Source of the DNA: a virus
Strand: one strand, 5' to 3'
Virus record (IMG/VR): IMGVR_UViG_3300042008_000003
Location: 23,841-87,840 of that record
DNA length: 64,000 nucleotides
This document shows positions 19,408 to 28,764 of the stretch, in pieces. Position 1 is the first letter of the stretch; each line of letters begins with the position of its first letter. A program made the translations under genes and the position numbers. The notes below the pieces were generated by a model that was given only the letters and a program-made list of their open reading frames with translations, did no database searches and was not told the origin of the DNA.

Positions 19408-20184
19408 GTGACAGCAGAAGCTATTCAAGATGTATTAGTATCTTCTTTCCAAAGTCAGATGCAGAATGTCCATACAATCTTACCATGTATTGTTGTTGGT
19501 GTAAGAGATGGCTTAAATGGGCAGATGGTTGATATTCAACCCACCATTAATCAGAAGTATCAGGATGGCACTGTTAAAGAACGACCACCAATTCTAGGTG
19601 TTCCTGTAGCATTTCAAGTATCTAAGAAAGCTGGGTTTACTTTCCCAATTGAAGTTGGGGATACAGGCACAGCCCTGTTCTCAATGAGAAACATGGATGC
19701 TTGGAAGTCTGGTAATGGTAGACCATCTACCCCAGCAAACTTCGCTAAGATGGATAAGGGAGACGCTATTTTCCTCCCTGGAATCCAACCTCCAGGGATT
19801 GCTGTGAACAATCCAGCAAAACATATCTTAGCACATGATACTAAGGACACTGTTTTATTCGCTAATCTTGGTGGTGTTGAGAGCGAAGTGAGGTTGAAAG
19901 TTGATGGTAGTGTTGAAATAAATACTTCCAGTCAACCAGTGGTTATTAACTGCTCGCAGGCCACAATTAATGCCTCTGAAAGTATTAACCTAAACACTCC
20001 CTCAATGGTTGTGGATGCTCAAAATACCCAATGGATAGGGAATATCAATCTTCAAGGAAATCTTGTACAGATTGGTAATTATACACTTACTGGTGTTGCC
20101 ACCTTCAACGGCATCCCGTTCGACACACACAAACACCTCGGGGTCCAAACCGGGAGTGGAACTTCGGGTAATCCTACAGCTTAA
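19408..20184 (+). CDS. baseplate central spike (gpV/gp138-like)
   Basis: VDIQP...FPIEVGDTG; C-terminal HKH.GV metal-binding tip. Confidence 0.85.
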   Translation: MTAEAIQDVLVSSFQSQMQNVHTILPCIVVGVRDGLNGQMVDIQPTINQKYQDGTVKERPPILGVPVAFQVSKKAGFTFPIEVGDTGTALFSMRNMDAWKSGNGRPSTPANFAKMDKGDAIFLPGIQPPGIAVNNPAKHILAHDTKDTVLFANLGGVESEVRLKVDGSVEINTSSQPVVINCSQATINASESINLNTPSMVVDAQNTQWIGNINLQGNLVQIGNYTLTGVATFNGIPFDTHKHLGVQTGSGTSGNPTA

Positions 20185-20195
20185 GGTGATGAATA

Positions 20196-20570
20196 ATGGA
20201 CTTCAAATTAGACCCTCTTGAGCATGACATTCTCTGGAAAAACGGACCTTTGACCAAAGATTGTACCACTCAACCCTACACTGAAACAGTTGGTCAACGA
20301 TTAAAGATTAGACTTCTAACATTCATGGGTGAATGGTTTCTTGATACAACATATGGCGTCCCGTACTGGCAGAGATTGTTAGGTATCAAGCAAACATCTA
20401 AGGCTGCTATTGACCTTATATTTCAACAACAAATCTTAGCAGAGTCCGGAGTAAAAGAGATTGTAAGCTTTGATTCCACTTTTAAAAACAGACAATATTC
20501 ACTTAGTTTTAGGGTGAAGGTTGTTACAGGTCAGATCACAGCACCTATTATTGTTCAGCCGGTTAATTAA
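20196..20570 (+). CDS. baseplate wedge/sheath initiator (gp25-like)
   Basis: RLLTFMGEWFLDTTYGVPY. Confidence 0.8.
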   Translation: MDFKLDPLEHDILWKNGPLTKDCTTQPYTETVGQRLKIRLLTFMGEWFLDTTYGVPYWQRLLGIKQTSKAAIDLIFQQQILAESGVKEIVSFDSTFKNRQYSLSFRVKVVTGQITAPIIVQPVN

Positions 20571-20613
20571 TACCCTCTGTACAGACAAGTAACCAAATTC
20601 TTAAGGAAATAAA

Positions 20614-20718
20614 ATGGCGGGTATTTCTGACCAAGGCTTTACAATTAAAAGAATGACAGAGATACTTTCAGACTTACGTGCTGAAGCTACCTCTTTATTT
20701 CAAGATTGTGAGGAGTAG
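20614..20718 (+). pseudogene. stranded 5' fragment of baseplate J gene
   Basis: MAGISDQGFTIKRMTEILSDLRAEATSLFQD is 22/31 identical to the N-terminus of 21649..23091; AAGGA RBS. Confidence 0.85.
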
Positions 20719-20722
20719 CAAA

Positions 20723-21661
20723 ATGCTCTTGTCAGAATACTACTCCACGAGTAAACACAGCCTTAATGGTAATTCCTATGAAATATTATCTTATGGTAAG
20801 AATCAAAGATCTGTTTTCTTATTAAAATGTATCGTTTGTGGCGAAGAAGTAAGCATAAGACCTGCATCTGTGTTGTCTGGAAGAAAACCTTGTTCGTGTA
20901 ATAATCTAGCATCATCCCCAGAAAAGAAAATTAAACGTTTACTTCCTATCTTAAAACAGAAAAATTTAAAACTCTTGTCTGTTGAGATTCAAAGAGCCAA
21001 AGACCCTATTCAGATAGAATGTCTTGTCTGTAATAATACTTGGTCAGGTACTTATAACGGATTAGTTTTAAAGGGAACTGGTTGTAAATTCTGCGCGAAT
21101 AATGTAAGACCAACAGAAGAGCAATTTCAAGAGCAGATCGAAAAATTAGGTAGAAGTTTAGATTTTAGTTTTATTAGCATGGAATACTCCACAGACGTAA
21201 AACTTAGAAAAGTTCCAATTAAGCTAAATTGTTTGAAATGTAAAAAATCTTGGATAACTACATCTGCAAGTATTAGAAAAGGGAGTACTTGTCCGCAATG
21301 TGCGTACTCTGGATTTAATCCATTAAAACCCGCCAAGTTATATATCCTTAAAGTCATTTCCTCAGATAATATCTTACAAGGCTATAAGTACGGGATAACT
21401 TGTGATATAGAAAGAAGACTGTATGAGCATCATAGAGATTGTAAAAGTTTAGGTTTAAAATTTGAAGTTTCCTATATCTGGCAGTATGAAAACGGTGACT
21501 TGGCTCAATTTCACGAACGTTTAATTAAGTCTAAATTCGGAAGTTACTTTAACCTACAAGAACTTCCAAGTGGATTTACAGAATCTGTCCCAATATACAG
21601 CTTATCAGAATTGGTTGACTTTCAGTCCCAACAATACAGGAAGGAATTATGGCTGGATTAA
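20723..21661 (+). CDS. zinc-ribbon-repeat plus GIY-YIG-type homing endonuclease
   Basis: Three CxxC...C-rich repeats; C-terminal LYILK...YKYGIT.DIERRL..H...GFTE; start moved to ATG 20723 (GAGGAG RBS). Confidence 0.8.
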   Translation: MLLSEYYSTSKHSLNGNSYEILSYGKNQRSVFLLKCIVCGEEVSIRPASVLSGRKPCSCNNLASSPEKKIKRLLPILKQKNLKLLSVEIQRAKDPIQIECLVCNNTWSGTYNGLVLKGTGCKFCANNVRPTEEQFQEQIEKLGRSLDFSFISMEYSTDVKLRKVPIKLNCLKCKKSWITTSASIRKGSTCPQCAYSGFNPLKPAKLYILKVISSDNILQGYKYGITCDIERRLYEHHRDCKSLGLKFEVSYIWQYENGDLAQFHERLIKSKFGSYFNLQELPSGFTESVPIYSLSELVDFQSQQYRKELWLD

Positions 21662-23091
21662 CTAATTCAGGTTTTGAAATAAAAAGGATGACTCAAATCT
21701 TGTCAGATTTGAGGGCAGAAGCTGTAACTTTATTTACGGATTTGCTGGAACCCGGCGATCAGGTCGATACATCTAGTAGTTCGGCCCTAGGTCGCCTTGT
21801 GGCTCTTGTTAGCCCAAGTCTAGCAGATTTATGGGAAGTGGCACAAGCTGATTACCAGGCATTTGATCCCAACTCTGCTACAGGTATTGCTCTGGATAAT
21901 CTTGTAGCTCTTGGTGGTATCACCAGACAAGAACAGACATACTCCACGGCACAAGTAGTTGTCTCAGGGGATAACGGTACTTTGGTATCCTCGGGCCTTA
22001 CTATAGGCAGCTCAATTGACAGCAGTCAGTGGACAATTCTATCACCTGTAGCACTTTCCCCTTCTCAAGCTGTCGGTATTACAGTTACTCCTGTAACAGT
22101 TTCTAACACAAGTGTTTATAGCATAACTTATACATCTATCACCACATCAAACACTATCAACTACACTAGTGATGCTTCGGCTACAGCTGCTGAGATTGTG
22201 GCTGGTTTGAATGCTACAATTATTGCAAGCCACCCAAGCCTTGTCAGCAGCATTGAAGGAACAAGCCTTAAGATTAGTCGTGTTGATGAATTCTCAGCAG
22301 TAACCTTCACGGTAACATCTAACCTTGGTATTACAAAAGTACAAAAACTTGGTGAGGTTCGTAGTAGTGTAGTTGGAGAAGTTAACGCTGAAGCCGGTAC
22401 ACTCACTGTTATCCTTACACCTCAACTTGGTTGGGATAGTGTAACAAACCCACAAGCTGCAAGTCCAGGGCGTAATCTTGAGACTGATGAAGAACTACGT
22501 TTAAGGTTCAGAGAGACTAAGTTTGAGAGAGCATCTAATATCCTAGAAGCTCTATACTCAGCCCTGATCAACCTTGAGGGTGTTGAGGAAGTGCGTATCT
22601 ATGAGAATGATACTGATGTTATAGATGCTTTTGGTGTCCCTGCACACAGCTTCATGCCAATTATTCTTGGTGGTGTAAGTATAGATATAGCTAATACCAT
22701 ATGGGAAAATAAGCCAATGGGTATCAGAAGCTATGGTGATACCATAGTTGTAATCTTTGATACTCAAGGTTTCTCTCATAATATTGGTTTTGAAAGACCA
22801 GATCCACAGCCTGTTTATATTACTGTTAATTTAACAACAGATAGTGATTTCCCAGGAACTGGTGTTGATGATATCAAATCTGCATTAATAGCATACTTTA
22901 ATTCTAATCTTGGTATTGGTGATGATGTTATTTGGAGCAGGTTATTCACACCTATTAATACAGTGAAAGGTCATGAGGTAGATAGTTTGTTTATTGGAAC
23001 TTCTCCTAGCCCAACAGGTGTTGATAGTATCCCTATATCTTTTGATATGATCGCAAGTTTATCCTCAGATAACATAATTGTGAATACATAA
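21649..23091 (+). CDS. baseplate J-like wedge protein
   Basis: ATGIALDNL, GRNLETDEELRLR, LEGVEEVRIYEN. Confidence 0.9.
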   Translation: MAGLTNSGFEIKRMTQILSDLRAEAVTLFTDLLEPGDQVDTSSSSALGRLVALVSPSLADLWEVAQADYQAFDPNSATGIALDNLVALGGITRQEQTYSTAQVVVSGDNGTLVSSGLTIGSSIDSSQWTILSPVALSPSQAVGITVTPVTVSNTSVYSITYTSITTSNTINYTSDASATAAEIVAGLNATIIASHPSLVSSIEGTSLKISRVDEFSAVTFTVTSNLGITKVQKLGEVRSSVVGEVNAEAGTLTVILTPQLGWDSVTNPQAASPGRNLETDEELRLRFRETKFERASNILEALYSALINLEGVEEVRIYENDTDVIDAFGVPAHSFMPIILGGVSIDIANTIWENKPMGIRSYGDTIVVIFDTQGFSHNIGFERPDPQPVYITVNLTTDSDFPGTGVDDIKSALIAYFNSNLGIGDDVIWSRLFTPINTVKGHEVDSLFIGTSPSPTGVDSIPISFDMIASLSSDNIIVNT

Positions 23092-23103
23092 GAGGGGCAT
23101 ACA

Positions 23104-23919
23104 ATGTTAAACCCTTTTATCGAGCAAGACTATCTCAGTGAAGCCCGTGAGCGGGTGACAGAGCAATTCAAGTACGACCCTACAAGTGATACCGGGGCAA
23201 AAGTTTTTGATAAATATCTACAACTTCTTATTAATGCTCAAGTAGAGATACAGAAAGTATTTAAAGACTTGATGCAACTAAGAAGTCTTGATACTGCCAC
23301 CGGCGCTCAACTTGATGTTATTGGTAGGATTGTTGGTCAAGAACGTGTTCTTTTGAATGCTGACTTCTACGACTTCTTTGGTTTCCAAGGGGCAACTAAA
23401 GCTGCAAGTTTTGGTGAATTAGGTAATCCAACTGTTGGTGGTATGTTCTATGATTATGGTAAACCACTTGGTGGTAACATAGAACTTGACGACACTACTT
23501 ACAGACTTTTCATAAAAGCTAAGATATTTAAAAACACCACCTCATCTACCCCAGAAGAATTTTTAGCTGTAATTAACCTTGTTTTCGGGACCGATACGAC
23601 AGTATTAACTGAGGAGGGTGATGCATCTATCACCGTTTTGTTGTCTAGGGCTCTGACTGATTTTGAGCGGGCATTAATTTTCTATATTAGTAATGATCCC
23701 GGATATCCTTCAAGGTTAATCCCTAAAACAGTTGGAGTCAGGATAAATTTTGGTGAATACAATGGAGATAGCTTCTTTGCATTTGAAGGTGTCCCTGGTG
23801 CTAAAGGCTTTGGGGAATTTACAGGAACATATGGGTATGGTCTTGGTTGGGGCTTAAGCTATGGCGACAGCGATTTTATCATTACTGGAGATGGCGGAAC
23901 CTTCGCCACCCTATTTTAA
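23104..23919 (+). CDS. baseplate wedge protein (DUF2612-like)
   Basis: LDTATGAQLDVIGRIVG, LDDTTYRLFIKAKI. Confidence 0.85.
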   Translation: MLNPFIEQDYLSEARERVTEQFKYDPTSDTGAKVFDKYLQLLINAQVEIQKVFKDLMQLRSLDTATGAQLDVIGRIVGQERVLLNADFYDFFGFQGATKAASFGELGNPTVGGMFYDYGKPLGGNIELDDTTYRLFIKAKIFKNTTSSTPEEFLAVINLVFGTDTTVLTEEGDASITVLLSRALTDFERALIFYISNDPGYPSRLIPKTVGVRINFGEYNGDSFFAFEGVPGAKGFGEFTGTYGYGLGWGLSYGDSDFIITGDGGTFATLF

Positions 23920-23950
23920 AGATTTTATTAACTATCTAGGATAAACTTTT

Positions 23951-24841
23951 ATGGCTGAGATTACCAAGCCTTCTGACATTAACAAAATTTGGGCTTCGGC
24001 AGGTGATGTCCTAGCTCCATCTGATAGTAAGATTGCGACAGGCTGGGCCGTTGAGATTCCGCCCCGTCAGTGGTTTAATTACATTGATCAAAAACAAGAT
24101 CAAGCCATTGCTCACATCAACCAGCACGGTATTCCTGTCTGGGACAACACCACAGAATATCAATACAGTCTCAGCGGTACTAAATCAATCTGCATGGGCT
24201 CTGACGGCACAATCTATCGTGCAAAACAAGTTAGTATAAACCAAAACCCAGTTACAGATACTTCTGATACTTATTGGGAAATTGCTTTTGCTAACGTTGC
24301 AGACTTCTACACTCAAACACAAAGTGATGCAAGATATCTACAAAAATCTGCAAATTTATCCGATTTAACAAACACAGCAACAGCTCGTACAAATCTGTCT
24401 GTTTATTCTCAAGCTCAGACTTACACAAAGACAGAAGTTGATGCTAAAACTACAGTAGCGTCAACCGCACAGGCCCAAGCTCAATCTAGCAACACTGTGT
24501 TAATTAGCGCACTACGGCTTGCTGAATCTTTTATGGGGGCAAATCAACTACTTACTGGCGCAGGCTATCAGAAACTACCCGGCGGCTTGATACTACAATG
24601 GAAAGCAGGTGTGTTTACAACTACAGGTGATAGTACCCAGACTATCACCTTCCCAATTGCTTTCCCAAACCAAACGCTTATGGTTGTTCCATCTACTATT
24701 GCTGGTAACTCAGTTACTTCTGACCTATGGGCGGCAGTATTATCCACGACCCAAACTTCCGCACTGATCTCTATGCAATGGAACGGCTCAGGGTCAATTG
24801 CCGGTGGTGCAACACCCCAAATTCTTGCTATAGGTTTTTAA
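23951..24841 (+). CDS. tail fibre protein
   Basis: PPRQWFN baseplate anchor; NLSDL..TATARTNL; GYQKLPGGLILQW...FPIAFPN C-terminus. Confidence 0.85.
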   Translation: MAEITKPSDINKIWASAGDVLAPSDSKIATGWAVEIPPRQWFNYIDQKQDQAIAHINQHGIPVWDNTTEYQYSLSGTKSICMGSDGTIYRAKQVSINQNPVTDTSDTYWEIAFANVADFYTQTQSDARYLQKSANLSDLTNTATARTNLSVYSQAQTYTKTEVDAKTTVASTAQAQAQSSNTVLISALRLAESFMGANQLLTGAGYQKLPGGLILQWKAGVFTTTGDSTQTITFPIAFPNQTLMVVPSTIAGNSVTSDLWAAVLSTTQTSALISMQWNGSGSIAGGATPQILAIGF

Positions 24842-24850
24842 GGAATTCTA

Positions 24851-27010
24851 ATGACTCAATTAACATCTCCTTTTGTTGATAGTAAATATGGTTGGAATTA
24901 TGGAGAGAGTGGGTGGAACACAGGGATGGACGAAAATCTTTTAAAGTTTTCCTACCTGTTTGATAGAAATATTACTTCTATTGTTAACTCATTACCCTCA
25001 GCAGTGAACGGCCAATCTTATTTCCTCACTACAGATAATAGACTATACTTTGCAATAAATAATACATACTATTCATCCCCAACTCCTAAATGGTTTACTT
25101 TTTTTATAAGGTCTTCTGGGGACACCTACCAGTTTAATGGTACAGCAGCAGTACAGATACCCAGCGCCAGCTCGGTCGGCTCAAGACTTGATACTGTTGA
25201 ACTAACCTTGTCCACATTAGGTACAGCAGCATTTCAGAACTCCACCGCATTTGCTACCCCATCCCAGCTTGATATTGTAGCAGGACAGTCTCAAACTTAT
25301 ACAGATTCAGCAGTAAACCTTCGGGTTTTAAAAACTGATCTTAGTAACACAGCAGATCCAACTAAAGGTGCTGCTCTTGTTGGTAATGCTACAAGACAAG
25401 TGGCTACAATAGCTGTGCTAAGGACTCAGGCTGGATTATTCTCTGGTGAGCAAGTACTTCTAAAACAATACTCAACGGCTGCTGTTTCTGGTGGTGGCGG
25501 TTTTTGGTGGGATTCTGCAAGTACACAGGCTGATAACAGCGGTACAATTATTGCTGTAACTGGTGTACCTACAGGTAGGTGGAAACGTATCTTCACTAAA
25601 CACTTAGAGTTCAACGCGACAGATTTTGGTGTGGTTGGTAATGCTTTTTATAGAGACGCAGTAAATAAAGTATTTTGGCAGGACGCTGCAAAAACCTTAG
25701 CCCCAACAGACGACACAGCGGCAATGACCGCTTTGTTTGCAGCTGCTCACACCTTGACAACATCTGTACCAGATAAAATTTGGATTGATCTTAATGGAAG
25801 ATCTTGCTATATTACTGATAATATCGTTATCAGTAAAAGCTACATTGGTGTAAAGAATGGTAGCATCAAGCAAGGTACTGAGGCAAAAGATGCGCTCCAA
25901 ATTGGGGGATCAGTTGCAGGTGTGCAATTACAGTATAATACTCTTGATGGCGTATCTTTGCATAAATGCCACTCAACTGTTGGAGCTGGGGTACTACTTA
26001 ACCTCTTAACAAATGGTGTAGGTAATTTTATATGGAACTCTTATAATAATATTAATGAGGGTGGTTTTAACGGGTTCAAGATGTATGGTTCATGTTTTAT
26101 GATGGATCTTAACAATATCTGGATTAATGATACCTATAGCTCCGCTTTCTATATGCCTGGTGGTGGTGGTACGACACAACCTCCTGTACAATTGGGCGGC
26201 AGTACCACCACAGTAATGCGCAGGCCCTATGTAACTAATGTAAGAACCAAAGACCCTGCCTTTGATATAGGTACAGGATATGATGGTATTACAATGGTTT
26301 CTCCCGCAGCAGATCATATTACTCAGTTTGGACGATTTAAAGTTAACGGACTTAAAATCGTTGGTATTGGTTACTCTGAGAATATTCGTAAGCCTATTGA
26401 AGGTGCTGCTCTTGTTGACCATAAATTTCTAGAAATTCAGAACGCTTCTGGCTTTTCTATTGATGGGTTTTATGCTTCAATGGCAGGTGATTTTGGTACA
26501 TCGCCAACAGGTATTAAAGCATTTTTGGATGCTGATTTTATTCCTGGTAGTATTGGAATGGTCCGTGGAGGATTCCCTACTGACTACTCTTTCGTCCGCA
26601 CACAAGGGGGTAATGTTGAGTATTTCAATCTACTCCCAGGAATAACTACAAATACAGAGCTGTCTAATGGGAGAGCACTACTTAAGTTCAGAAGCCCTCT
26701 TAAGTTTTTTGGTACTTATGGAGGCACTGGGGCAGTTGCTATATTCACGATCCCCGGACTCGCGGCGGTATCTGAGGCACATACTTACCTTGTGACAAAA
26801 ACATACAGTTTCGCAGGAAAATATGTGTCTAATACTTGGCTAGTTTCCGCAGGCAATGGTAAGTCGGTAGTTACTCAGCTACAAGCCGGTCCTGATGAAC
26901 CTACAGCGTTTACTTTAACGGTTGCTTCAACTGGTGTTGTAACGTTAAATAACACAGGGCCCAACAACTTGTCTGGTCCGTGGACTGCTGTTGAGTTCAA
27001 CGTTTTCTAG
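24851..27010 (+). CDS. tail spike / putative depolymerase
   Basis: GGGFWWD...DNSGTII...GRWKR, then ATDFGVVG...DDTAAM opening a beta-helix-like region. Confidence 0.75.
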   Translation: MTQLTSPFVDSKYGWNYGESGWNTGMDENLLKFSYLFDRNITSIVNSLPSAVNGQSYFLTTDNRLYFAINNTYYSSPTPKWFTFFIRSSGDTYQFNGTAAVQIPSASSVGSRLDTVELTLSTLGTAAFQNSTAFATPSQLDIVAGQSQTYTDSAVNLRVLKTDLSNTADPTKGAALVGNATRQVATIAVLRTQAGLFSGEQVLLKQYSTAAVSGGGGFWWDSASTQADNSGTIIAVTGVPTGRWKRIFTKHLEFNATDFGVVGNAFYRDAVNKVFWQDAAKTLAPTDDTAAMTALFAAAHTLTTSVPDKIWIDLNGRSCYITDNIVISKSYIGVKNGSIKQGTEAKDALQIGGSVAGVQLQYNTLDGVSLHKCHSTVGAGVLLNLLTNGVGNFIWNSYNNINEGGFNGFKMYGSCFMMDLNNIWINDTYSSAFYMPGGGGTTQPPVQLGGSTTTVMRRPYVTNVRTKDPAFDIGTGYDGITMVSPAADHITQFGRFKVNGLKIVGIGYSENIRKPIEGAALVDHKFLEIQNASGFSIDGFYASMAGDFGTSPTGIKAFLDADFIPGSIGMVRGGFPTDYSFVRTQGGNVEYFNLLPGITTNTELSNGRALLKFRSPLKFFGTYGGTGAVAIFTIPGLAAVSEAHTYLVTKTYSFAGKYVSNTWLVSAGNGKSVVTQLQAGPDEPTAFTLTVASTGVVTLNNTGPNNLSGPWTAVEFNVF

Positions 27011-27019
27011 TGAGAGACT

Positions 27020-27097
27020 ATGATAAACTATTCAGAAGCTGCAAAGCTCTTGGGTGTAGAGGAGGCAGCCGTAAAGGCTGTCGCTTCTTTTAAATAG
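27020..27097 (+). pseudogene. N-terminal relic of DUF3380-type muramidase endolysin
   Basis: MINYSEAAKLLGVEEAAVKAVAS; stops just before the expected VES motif. Confidence 0.6.
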
Positions 27098-27108
27098 AGA
27101 GGCGGTAT

Positions 27109-27627
27109 ATGGCTGAGACTAAATCCAGTCTAACAAAGAAGCTCTTAGCATATGGATTTACAGCAGCCGTGGCTATGAGTGGTGGTTATCTTGTTGCCCC
27201 GAATGAGGGTAAAGTAAATTCCACTTACCTTGATCCTGTAGGCATTGCAACCAGTTGTTATGGACATACAGGTCCAGAACTTAAGCTTGGTCAGAAGTAT
27301 ACAGATACAGAATGTCTAGACCAGCTTGCTAAAGACCTTTCAAGTCACGATAAGCAAATGATGAACCTTATCCGTGTACCCCTTACTGATTACCAACATG
27401 CTGCATTTTTAAGTTTTACTTACAATGTTGGTGTTAGTAACTTTAAGAGTTCTACACTTCTTAGGAAATTAAACTCCAAAGATTATAACGGAGCTTGTCA
27501 AGAATTGGTGAAATGGGTGTATGCAAAAGGTAAGAAATTAAATGGACTTGTGAATAGGCGTCAGGATGAGTTGAGCATGTGTCTTGGAGAAACCAAAATT
27601 GAGATTACAAAAACCAACCCTAGTTGA
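27109..27627 (+). CDS. SAR endolysin (GH24 lysozyme)
   Basis: Basic N-terminus, Gly/Ala-rich hydrophobic SAR segment, E-x8-D-x5-T triad (EGKVNSTYLDPVGIAT), SFTYNVG, GLVNRR. Confidence 0.92.
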   Translation: MAETKSSLTKKLLAYGFTAAVAMSGGYLVAPNEGKVNSTYLDPVGIATSCYGHTGPELKLGQKYTDTECLDQLAKDLSSHDKQMMNLIRVPLTDYQHAAFLSFTYNVGVSNFKSSTLLRKLNSKDYNGACQELVKWVYAKGKKLNGLVNRRQDELSMCLGETKIEITKTNPS

Positions 27628-27859
27628 AGGCTGGAAGAAGTTATGGAAGTCTTATTCTGTAATATTCAGTTTGGCTAATATCCTTCAAGCTATATCTGTC
27701 TCAGCCCTATCTATCCTAGGTGTTATAAACGTTTACTTTGCATTTAAAGTCGTTATTGGATTAGCTATTTTATTTGGTTTATTAGGCCTTGCTGGCAGGC
27801 TTCTGAGACAAGGTGTTCTTGTTAAAGATCCAGATGTGGAGAATACAGATGTTCAGTAA
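27584..27859 (+). CDS. putative holin/pinholin
   Basis: Small, two hydrophobic segments, overlaps the endolysin. Confidence 0.65.
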   Translation: MEKPKLRLQKPTLVEGWKKLWKSYSVIFSLANILQAISVSALSILGVINVYFAFKVVIGLAILFGLLGLAGRLLRQGVLVKDPDVENTDVQ

Positions 27860-28292
27860 CCTGTTCTCTGGCGCTACGCTCTACATTATCATAGCCCTAT
27901 TAGCTTCAACAGCAGGGTTTGGCTATCTTTCGTACTCATTGTACGGCGACAGGGCTGTAGCAGTGGCTCAGCTTAAAGATGCTAATGATGCGATTGTAGG
28001 GTATCAAAACTCCCTTAACTTAAAGGAGTCTTCTTGTAAGATTGATGACACCTCAGTGGTTGAAGTTGAAACCGAGAAGAAAGACCTTCAAAATAAAGTT
28101 GATGCTGTATCTGACAAATTTGATAAGCTAAAAGTTATTACGGCCACTAAGCCTTCAGTCAAACAAGAGATAATTAACCATGAAACTAATGTCTTGCCTG
28201 ATGATGGGATTCTTAGTCCTAACATTACAAGCTTGCTCAATGAAGGGTGGTGTGACTCCTTCCCCACAGATGACATATGTCGGGCCAAGTGA
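27849..28292 (+). CDS. i-spanin (Rz-like)
   Basis: N-terminal TM plus coiled coil; start moved to ATG 27849 (GGAG RBS). Confidence 0.7.
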   Translation: MFSNLFSGATLYIIIALLASTAGFGYLSYSLYGDRAVAVAQLKDANDAIVGYQNSLNLKESSCKIDDTSVVEVETEKKDLQNKVDAVSDKFDKLKVITATKPSVKQEIINHETNVLPDDGILSPNITSLLNEGWCDSFPTDDICRAK

Positions 28293-28464
28293 CGCATTGT
28301 TGATGCGACCTTGCAAAGCTACTCCTGCTGGTGAAAGTCTTATTGATCTAGCTAAAGCTCAGAATAAGAATGTGTCATGCATCAGTATGTATCAGAAACA
28401 GTTAGACGCAATCAAAAAGAATAGAGACAAGCAAAAGGAATTGTATAATGTCAAACCCAAGTGA
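28180..28464 (+). CDS. o-spanin (Rz1-like lipoprotein)
   Basis: Lipobox LQAC; overlaps the i-spanin in another frame; Pro-rich. Confidence 0.75.
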   Translation: MKLMSCLMMGFLVLTLQACSMKGGVTPSPQMTYVGPSDALLMRPCKATPAGESLIDLAKAQNKNVSCISMYQKQLDAIKKNRDKQKELYNVKPK

Positions 28465-28759
28465 TGCTGGGCATCGTATTAATAACTTAATGGAACGTTG
28501 TGCTATTGCATTGCTTGGACTTCTGTTTTCTATCCTCTTCACTGTTTATCAGTATCAACGAACTGACTTCAAAACTTTAGAAGAGAAAGTTTTAGTGATG
28601 CAGATGAACAAGGTAAACAAGGAAGATTTAAAAGATGTTGAGAGTAGATTAAATTTGAAAATGGATGCAATGGCTATCAACATGAGTCAAGAGGTAAGAA
28701 ACACTCGTGCTGATATCATTGACAGGATTGAACTGCTGTTTGGGAAAATAAAGAAGTAG
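28448..28759 (+). CDS. single-TM membrane protein (holin-like?)
   Basis: One TM segment plus coiled-coil tail, within the lysis cluster. Confidence 0.5.
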   Translation: MSNPSDAGHRINNLMERCAIALLGLLFSILFTVYQYQRTDFKTLEEKVLVMQMNKVNKEDLKDVESRLNLKMDAMAINMSQEVRNTRADIIDRIELLFGKIKK

Positions 28760-28764
28760 GGGGA

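Noticed and set aside
20707-21741. Group I intron interpretation of the baseplate J insert
   Set aside because: The insert is almost entirely ORF plus a duplicate gene start, leaving no room for a ribozyme core. The downstream J copy has its own RBS and ATG.
23951-27010. Diversity-generating retroelement or invertible tail-fibre cassette
   Set aside because: No reverse transcriptase, invertase or duplicated fibre 3' ends seen.
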